From an uncultured Chitinophagaceae bacterium (GTDB lineage Bacteria > Bacteroidota > Bacteroidia > Chitinophagales > Chitinophagaceae): a DNA stretch of 51,751 nt. Below, piece after piece: positions 46,002 through 51,751 of the stretch. Location of the stretch: positions 1 to 51,751 of the forward strand of contig CALCNY010000187.1 of assembly GCA_937897585.1 (NCBI GenBank), written 5' to 3'. The notes beneath the pieces are model-generated. The model had not been told where the DNA came from, made no database searches, and saw only the letters and a program-made list of their open reading frames with translations. Position 1 is the first letter of the stretch; each line of letters begins with the position of its first letter. The position numbers and the translations under genes were made by a program.

Positions 46002-46488
46002 GCCCCCTCAATCCCCCGAAGGGGGAAGTTCATCGGTGCGAAAGAGATAATCTAGCAATACATAATTAAAGTCCCCCTTCGGGGGATTTAGGGGGCAATA
46101 TCTTCGGCAAGAAGGGCGGTTTTTGCTTTTGTTGGTCTTATGACCAACAAAAAAAGAAGGCACAAAGATTCACAAAGTCGATAATTCTGATTGCTCCCCT
46201 CTCATTCAGGAGAGGGGTTGGGGGTGAGGTTTTTCAATCCATGAGAGAATAATCATTTCATATCCTAAATCCCACTTTTACCCCGAGGTATCGGGGCAGG
46301 CTATTCATTATTTAATATTTTACATTCTACATTTCCTCCCCAATTGGGGGTGAGGTTTTTTCAATTCATGAGAGAATAATCATTTCATTTCCTAAATCCC
46401 ACTTTTACCCCGAGGTATCGGGGCAGGCTATTCATCATTTAATATTTTACATTCTACATTTCCTCCCCCTTCGGGGGATCTAGGGGGC
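46002..46488. repeat. Mosaic cassette: inverted A pair, modules E/F/B, 126-bp tandem duplication, terminal A
   Basis: A (46002-46029), inverted A (46061-46096), E (46129), F/B (46159-46230), duplication 46218-46343/46344-46469, and an inverted A providing the birA stop. Confidence 0.88.
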
Positions 46489-47223
46489 CACCACCCATTC
46501 CACCTCCCCAAAATTAAACTTCCTTTCCACCTCATCTTGGGTAATTAATTGTCCTTCGGAGCTTACTTCAACTATAGCAGTATCAAAAAGTTCATCATTT
46601 TGTTTCATTTTCACCGTTTGACCACTTAAATACAACGCCTCATTATAGGCTTTCATGATTTCTTCGGTGTTCAACTCTTGTAAAGAGTCGATATAATCTA
46701 CAATATGTTTTCTGAGATGTCTGGCTAATAATTCAGGATTATAAGTCTTTTCGGTAATTTGTTTTAAAGAGATTGGAATCCGTTGCATTTCCGGAAATCC
46801 AATTTGGTTGACATTGATGCCAATTCCAATCACCGCCCAATTCCATGACTTACCTCGAAAATTGTTTTCTATCAATATGCCGCCTGCCTTTCTGTCACGT
46901 ATAAAGAGATCGTTGGGCCATTTGATGTTAACTTTTTCTGAAACAATTCTTTCCAAAAATTGCTTACAGGCCAGCGAAATACAGGCATTGAAAAGAAATG
47001 GTTGTGTTGAAAATGCCGCCGGAGGTACGATAATCACACTCATCAGAATATTTTCACCCGGTTGGCTGTGCCAGCTTTTGAAACGCTGCCCTTTACCCGC
47101 AGTTTGTCCATTGGCAAAAAATCCCATACCGTGACTCGCCAATCCTGCATGAATTTGTGCCATGGCATAGTTGTTGGTACTATCAACAATATTAAGACAT
47201 TGAAAAACTAAGTTTGATTCCAT
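46480..47223 (-). CDS. birA: Biotin--[acetyl-CoA-carboxylase] ligase (no HTH)
   Basis: DSTNNYA, QTAGKGQR, IKWPND, KAGGILIEN, GIGINVNQ; ATG at 47223 preferred over the long ORF start. Confidence 0.92.
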   Translation of the reverse strand: MESNLVFQCLNIVDSTNNYAMAQIHAGLASHGMGFFANGQTAGKGQRFKSWHSQPGENILMSVIIVPPAAFSTQPFLFNACISLACKQFLERIVSEKVNIKWPNDLFIRDRKAGGILIENNFRGKSWNWAVIGIGINVNQIGFPEMQRIPISLKQITEKTYNPELLARHLRKHIVDYIDSLQELNTEEIMKAYNEALYLSGQTVKMKQNDELFDTAIVEVSSEGQLITQDEVERKFNFGEVEWVVAP

Positions 47224-47383
47224 TTCCTTTTGATAAGAAAGAAGTAGTACTTTTGAGATATTATGCAAGCTATGAAAAATTAGCTGGATATGAAATAAAA
47301 AAAGAATCTGTTTTCTCCCTTCTGAAATTATTATTTCCCGAAGTGCAGTTTTACAGGTCAACCCAAAAATTAAATTAACTGAT

Positions 47384-47785
47384 TTGAGCAATTTGAATGT
47401 ATTGAACAGCCGTAAAAAAGGCCAGACAAGATTAACCCGGAACAGCAAACTCTTTAAAGTTATCATCAACGCCATTCAGGACAAAAAAGGTGAAAACATC
47501 GTCAGTCTGGATTTGAGAAAAATTCCCGAAGCCGTATCAGATTTCTTTATCATTTGCCAGGCCAGCAACAATAACCAGCTTCGCGCCATTGCCGACAACA
47601 TAGAAAAAGAAGTGAAAGAAAAATGTGATGAAAATCCTTTCAAACACGAAGGCAGACAAGCCGAACAGTGGATTCTCATTGATTACGTAGACATCGTAGT
47701 ACATATCATGTTGCCCGAACCCAGAAAATTCTATCAGCTGGAAGAACTCTGGAGCGACGCCTCTTCAATGGAACACAACAATTAA
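47384..47785 (+). CDS. rsfS: Ribosome silencing factor
   Basis: DKKGENIVSLDL, DFFIIC, WILIDYVDIVVH, FYQLEELWSD. Confidence 0.93.
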   Translation: MSNLNVLNSRKKGQTRLTRNSKLFKVIINAIQDKKGENIVSLDLRKIPEAVSDFFIICQASNNNQLRAIADNIEKEVKEKCDENPFKHEGRQAEQWILIDYVDIVVHIMLPEPRKFYQLEELWSDASSMEHNN

Positions 47786-47818
47786 TCTAACCCTAAATAA
47801 AATCAAAGAAAATATTTT

Positions 47819-49906
47819 ATGAGCCAATCAAATAACAAAAACACACCACAAGGAAACATACCCCCGATGGGCGACGATCCTCAAAAAAAGAAAAGCAAGT
47901 TCAACATTTACTGGATTTATGGTTTCATATTTCTGCTGATCATTACTTTCAATTTTTTCAGACATGTGAACAGCACCGGCATCGAAACCGATCAGCAGAA
48001 ATTTTACGAAATGCTGAAACAAGGCGATGTTGAGGAAATCAAAACCATCAGAAATAAAAAACTGGTAAGGGTTTTCCTCAATTCCGACAGTTTAAAAAAC
48101 AAATCAGCTGTTTACTCTCAATTGCTTTTTGATAAATTGGATAAAACCAAATACGAAGCTGCAAAAAAAATAAGTGCGCCAAACCCTCAATTGTATTTCA
48201 GTATCATAGACGACAAAACATTTTCAAACCAGATTGGAAAATTTTACGAACAAAATCCTACTGTGAGGCAAGTTCCCGATAAACCTGATGATGAAGGTGA
48301 AGTGTTTGGCCAACTGATCAGCACCTTACTTCCTATCTTACTCATCGGTTTCATTTTTGTAATGATGATGCGTAAAGTTGGCGGTCCGGGTGGCGGAAAC
48401 GGACCGGGCGGAATTTTCAACATCGGTAAGTCTAAAGCTACGCTGTTTGAAAAAGGCACAAGAGTCAATATCAATTTCGGAGATGTCGCCGGCCTCGATG
48501 AAGCCAAAGTAGAAGTTATGGAAATTGTTGACTTTCTGAAAAATCCGAAAAAATATACAGCGCTGGGCGGTAAAATTCCAAAAGGAGCTTTACTGGTAGG
48601 CCCTCCGGGTACAGGTAAAACCTTGCTGGCAAAGGCTGTTGCAGGTGAAGCACAAGTTCCTTTCTTCAGCTTAAGCGGTAGTGATTTCGTGGAAATGTTT
48701 GTGGGCGTGGGTGCGAGCCGTGTAAGAGATTTATTCAAACAAGCTCGTGAAAAAGCACCTTGTATCATTTTCATTGATGAGATTGATGCGATTGGTCGTG
48801 CCAGAGGAAAGAATGTAATGATGAGCAACGACGAAAGAGAAAATACATTGAATCAATTGCTGGTTGAAATGGATGGTTTTGGTACCGATTTAGGCATCAT
48901 CATTTTAGCAGCAACTAACAGACCTGATGTATTGGATAATGCGTTGTTAAGACCAGGTCGTTTCGACAGACAAATCAGCATCGATCGTCCGGATTTAGTA
49001 GGTCGTGAAGCGATTTTCAAAGTGCATTTGATTCCTATCAAAACTTCACAGAAATTAGATATTCATAAACTGGCGGAACAAACACCAGGATTCGCCGGTG
49101 CGGACATTGCGAACGTTTGTAACGAAGCGGCTTTGATTGCAGCACGTAAGAATAAAGAAGCAGTTGACATGAGTGATTTCCAGGACGCCATCGACAGGGT
49201 TATCGGCGGATTGGAAAAGAAAAACAAAATCATCTCTCCGGAAGAAAAAGAAATCATTGCTTATCACGAAGCTGGTCATGCTATTTGCGGCTGGTATCTC
49301 GAGCATGCGTACCCGTTATTGAAGGTGACAATTGTACCAAGAGGCACTGCTGCTTTGGGATATGCGCAGTACACGCCTAAGGAGCAATATCTATATAACA
49401 CCGACCAATTGATTGATCAGATTTGTATGACACTTGGTGGTCGTGCCAGTGAAGATATTTTCTTCGGAAAAATCAGTACCGGCGCCAGCAATGATTTACA
49501 GCAAATCACCAAGATTGCTTACAGCATGGTTACTGTTTATGGTATGAATGATAAAGTGGGCAATATCAGTTATTATGATCCTGCTCAGGAAAATTATTTC
49601 ACTAAGCCATATAGCGAAGAAACAGGTAAAATGATTGATCATGAAGTGCGCAAACTGATTGATGAGGCCTATATCAAAACCAAAAAATTGCTTGAAGAAA
49701 AAAGAGGCGATGTTGAGAAACTGGCAAAAGAATTATTGATAAAAGAAGTGTTATTCAAAAGTGATGTGGAAGCTTTAATTGGTAAACGTCCTTTTGAAGA
49801 AAAGAAAATTCTTGATGTAGAAGAAGCTGTTGTCATTTCCGAAACACCAGCCCCAGCTGCTCCTTCGCAGGAAAATCCTGCTGAGGAAAACAACACTGGT
49901 GTTTAA
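47819..49906 (+). CDS. ftsH: ATP-dependent zinc metalloprotease FtsH
   Basis: Two TM segments, [30 protein letters not shown]. Confidence 0.97.
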   Translation: MSQSNNKNTPQGNIPPMGDDPQKKKSKFNIYWIYGFIFLLIITFNFFRHVNSTGIETDQQKFYEMLKQGDVEEIKTIRNKKLVRVFLNSDSLKNKSAVYSQLLFDKLDKTKYEAAKKISAPNPQLYFSIIDDKTFSNQIGKFYEQNPTVRQVPDKPDDEGEVFGQLISTLLPILLIGFIFVMMMRKVGGPGGGNGPGGIFNIGKSKATLFEKGTRVNINFGDVAGLDEAKVEVMEIVDFLKNPKKYTALGGKIPKGALLVGPPGTGKTLLAKAVAGEAQVPFFSLSGSDFVEMFVGVGASRVRDLFKQAREKAPCIIFIDEIDAIGRARGKNVMMSNDERENTLNQLLVEMDGFGTDLGIIILAATNRPDVLDNALLRPGRFDRQISIDRPDLVGREAIFKVHLIPIKTSQKLDIHKLAEQTPGFAGADIANVCNEAALIAARKNKEAVDMSDFQDAIDRVIGGLEKKNKIISPEEKEIIAYHEAGHAICGWYLEHAYPLLKVTIVPRGTAALGYAQYTPKEQYLYNTDQLIDQICMTLGGRASEDIFFGKISTGASNDLQQITKIAYSMVTVYGMNDKVGNISYYDPAQENYFTKPYSEETGKMIDHEVRKLIDEAYIKTKKLLEEKRGDVEKLAKELLIKEVLFKSDVEALIGKRPFEEKKILDVEEAVVISETPAPAAPSQENPAEENNTGV

Positions 49907-49917
49907 ATAATAAACTG

Positions 49918-50547
49918 ATGGCCAATACAAAAGCTAAAGAGAATATTTTAAAAAAAATAAGGCAGGCACTGAGTAATCCGGTGCCTTTGCCTTTTCCTCA
50001 AAGTAATGGCACGCAGTCTGTTTTTAAATCGGCGCAGGAAGATGATGCAATTATTTTTGCTGAAGCTTTTGCAAAACTGCAGGGTAAATTCGTTTTTTGT
50101 CATGATGAATTGGAGATGGTCAAACATTTAGGTTCGCTCATAAAATCGAAAAACTGGACAAATATTTTCTGCAGGGAATCCAAATTGATTCCATTTATAC
50201 AAAGCATAGAATTGGAACCTTATGGCGACCTCGCTACCTGCGATGTGTCTGTTACCGGTTGCGAATATCTCGTGGCCCGCACCGGTACTATTGTGATGAG
50301 CAGCGCACAACAAAGCGGCAGAACTACCAGCGTGTATGCACCTGTACATATATGCATCGCATACACCAGCCAAATGGTGTATGACCTAAAAGAATCTTTA
50401 CAGTTTTTAAAAACGAAATATAAAAACAATTTGCCTTCACAAATTGCATTCGCCACCGGACCGAGCAGAACTGCCGACATTGAAAAAACTTTGGTTACCG
50501 GTGTTCACGGTCCAAAAGAAGTATATTGTTTCTTGATTGATTCTTGA
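49918..50547 (+). CDS. LUD/LutC (YkgG) domain protein
   Basis: LVARTGTIV, PVHICI, TGPSRTADIEKTLVTGVHGP. Confidence 0.88.
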   Translation: MANTKAKENILKKIRQALSNPVPLPFPQSNGTQSVFKSAQEDDAIIFAEAFAKLQGKFVFCHDELEMVKHLGSLIKSKNWTNIFCRESKLIPFIQSIELEPYGDLATCDVSVTGCEYLVARTGTIVMSSAQQSGRTTSVYAPVHICIAYTSQMVYDLKESLQFLKTKYKNNLPSQIAFATGPSRTADIEKTLVTGVHGPKEVYCFLIDS

Positions 50548-50575
50548 CAACAGGAATGGAATAACAATTTATAAA

Positions 50576-51001
50576 ATGGAAACTACATATTATTTGTTTG
50601 TTTACGGCTCATTGAGAAGCGGATTCAGAAATCCGGCCTATCAATATATTGCCGATTATTTTGAATTGGTGGGAGAAGCCGTGGTGCGTGGAAAGTTTTT
50701 TGACAAAGGCGAATATCCTGTAGCGATTGCTGCTGATGATGATTCATTCATCACCGGAGAATTGTATCTGGCAAAACATAAAGAAGCTTTTGAATGGGCT
50801 ATTGCCCAGCTGGATGATTATGAAGGATTGAATGTAGAACCAGGTGAAAAGCCTTGGTACACCAGACAAGCAGTTGAAGTTTACATTGATAAGCAACCCA
50901 TTGTTTCCTGGATTTATTGGTACAATGATTCTGTAGTCGGAATGGAAGAAATCATTACCGGTGATATCATGAAATACCTTCAAGAAAAAAACAAACCATA
51001 A
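50576..51001 (+). CDS. Gamma-glutamylcyclotransferase (AIG2-like) family protein
   Basis: LFVYGSLR, YP, GELY, LDDYEG; ATG at 50576. Confidence 0.88.
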   Translation: METTYYLFVYGSLRSGFRNPAYQYIADYFELVGEAVVRGKFFDKGEYPVAIAADDDSFITGELYLAKHKEAFEWAIAQLDDYEGLNVEPGEKPWYTRQAVEVYIDKQPIVSWIYWYNDSVVGMEEIITGDIMKYLQEKNKP

Positions 51002-51009
51002 ATTGTTCT

Positions 51010-51751
51010 ATGTTGGTTAACAAGAAAATATATTTTCTTTCTGATTTTCATCTTGGGGCACCCGATGCCGTTAGTAGCCTTGTTCGCGAAAAAAAAATCA
51101 TTGCTTTTTTAGATGAGATTAAAAATAACGCTTCTCGCATTTTCATTTTAGGCGATCTTTTTGATTTCTGGTTTGAATATAAAAATGTAGTCCCAAAAGG
51201 CTATGTAAGAATTTTGGGAAAACTTGCGGAGATAACTGACAGTGGCGTTCCTATTGATTTTTTTGTAGGCAATCACGATATGTGGATGAAAGATTATTTT
51301 CAAAAAGAATTGAACATCAAAGTTCATTTTGAACCTGTTGCGTTTCAACTTCATGAAAAGAAATTTTTAATTGGTCATGGTGATGGATTAGGTCCGGGTG
51401 ATCATGGATATAAATTCATCAAAAAAATTTTCCGAAATCCTATTGCCCAAACCGCTTTTGGAATTTTGCCTCCGGTAATCGGCATTGGACTCGCCAATTA
51501 TTTCAGCAGAAAAAGTAGGGCCAAAACCGGAAATAGTGATGAAGTTTTTGAAAGTGAAGACAAAGAATGGCTAGTGAGTTATTGCAAGGATGTGTTGAAA
51601 ACGGAACATTATGATTATTTTGTTTTCGGACATAGGCATTTACCTCTCAATATTGAATTGAACGAAAATAGCAAATACATAAACCTCGGTGATTGGATAA
51701 AATATTTCAGTTATGCTGAATTGGATGGTCAACAACTTCACTTAAAATATT
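51010..51751 (+). CDS. lpxH: UDP-2,3-diacylglucosamine diphosphatase (3' truncated by window; absent from the ORF track)
   Basis: Translation from ATG 51010: IYFLSDFHLG, LGDLFDFWFEY, GNHD, HGDG, FGHRHLP, NLGDW; frame open to the window end. Confidence 0.9.
   Translation, partial: MLVNKKIYFLSDFHLGAPDAVSSLVREKKIIAFLDEIKNNASRIFILGDLFDFWFEYKNVVPKGYVRILGKLAEITDSGVPIDFFVGNHDMWMKDYFQKELNIKVHFEPVAFQLHEKKFLIGHGDGLGPGDHGYKFIKKIFRNPIAQTAFGILPPVIGIGLANYFSRKSRAKTGNSDEVFESEDKEWLVSYCKDVLKTEHYDYFVFGHRHLPLNIELNENSKYINLGDWIKYFSYAELDGQQLHLKY

Noticed and set aside
47224-47475. 84-aa N-terminal extension of BirA
   Set aside because: No HTH similarity and overlaps rsfS on the opposite strand; ATG 47223 fits better.

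Overview
AT-rich Bacteroidota chromosome segment, probably Chitinophagaceae-like (inferred from SusC/SusD, a T9SS-sorted protein, TAnnTTTG promoters and gene content). About 40 mostly housekeeping or envelope genes: rpoN, pcrA/uvrD, nfu, pnuC, mtgA, a GH3-family gene, S46 and M28 peptidases, a DHS-like gene, add, rpiB, tatC, prfA, recO, MMPL, SusC/D, gatB, birA, rsfS, ftsH and lpxH. A small accessory block holds higBA, an XRE regulator and a 1301-aa LamG/2xFISUMP/Ig T9SS cargo protein. I found no rRNA, tRNA, CRISPR, transposase, integrase or RT. The most unusual signal is non-coding. At least 15 copies of a palindromic repeat (GCCCCCTAAATCCCCCRAAGGGGGACTTTGAT) sit at gene 3' ends and supply the stop codon of six genes, five of which end in Ala-Pro-stop. 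The copies are embedded in mosaic intergenic cassettes built from about 8 short modules, sometimes nested. Gene tails abutting these cassettes show a local switch to G-ending, C-depleted codons, suggesting a site-directed repeat insertion or local mutagenesis process. All calls come from motif recognition by eye; no searches were run.
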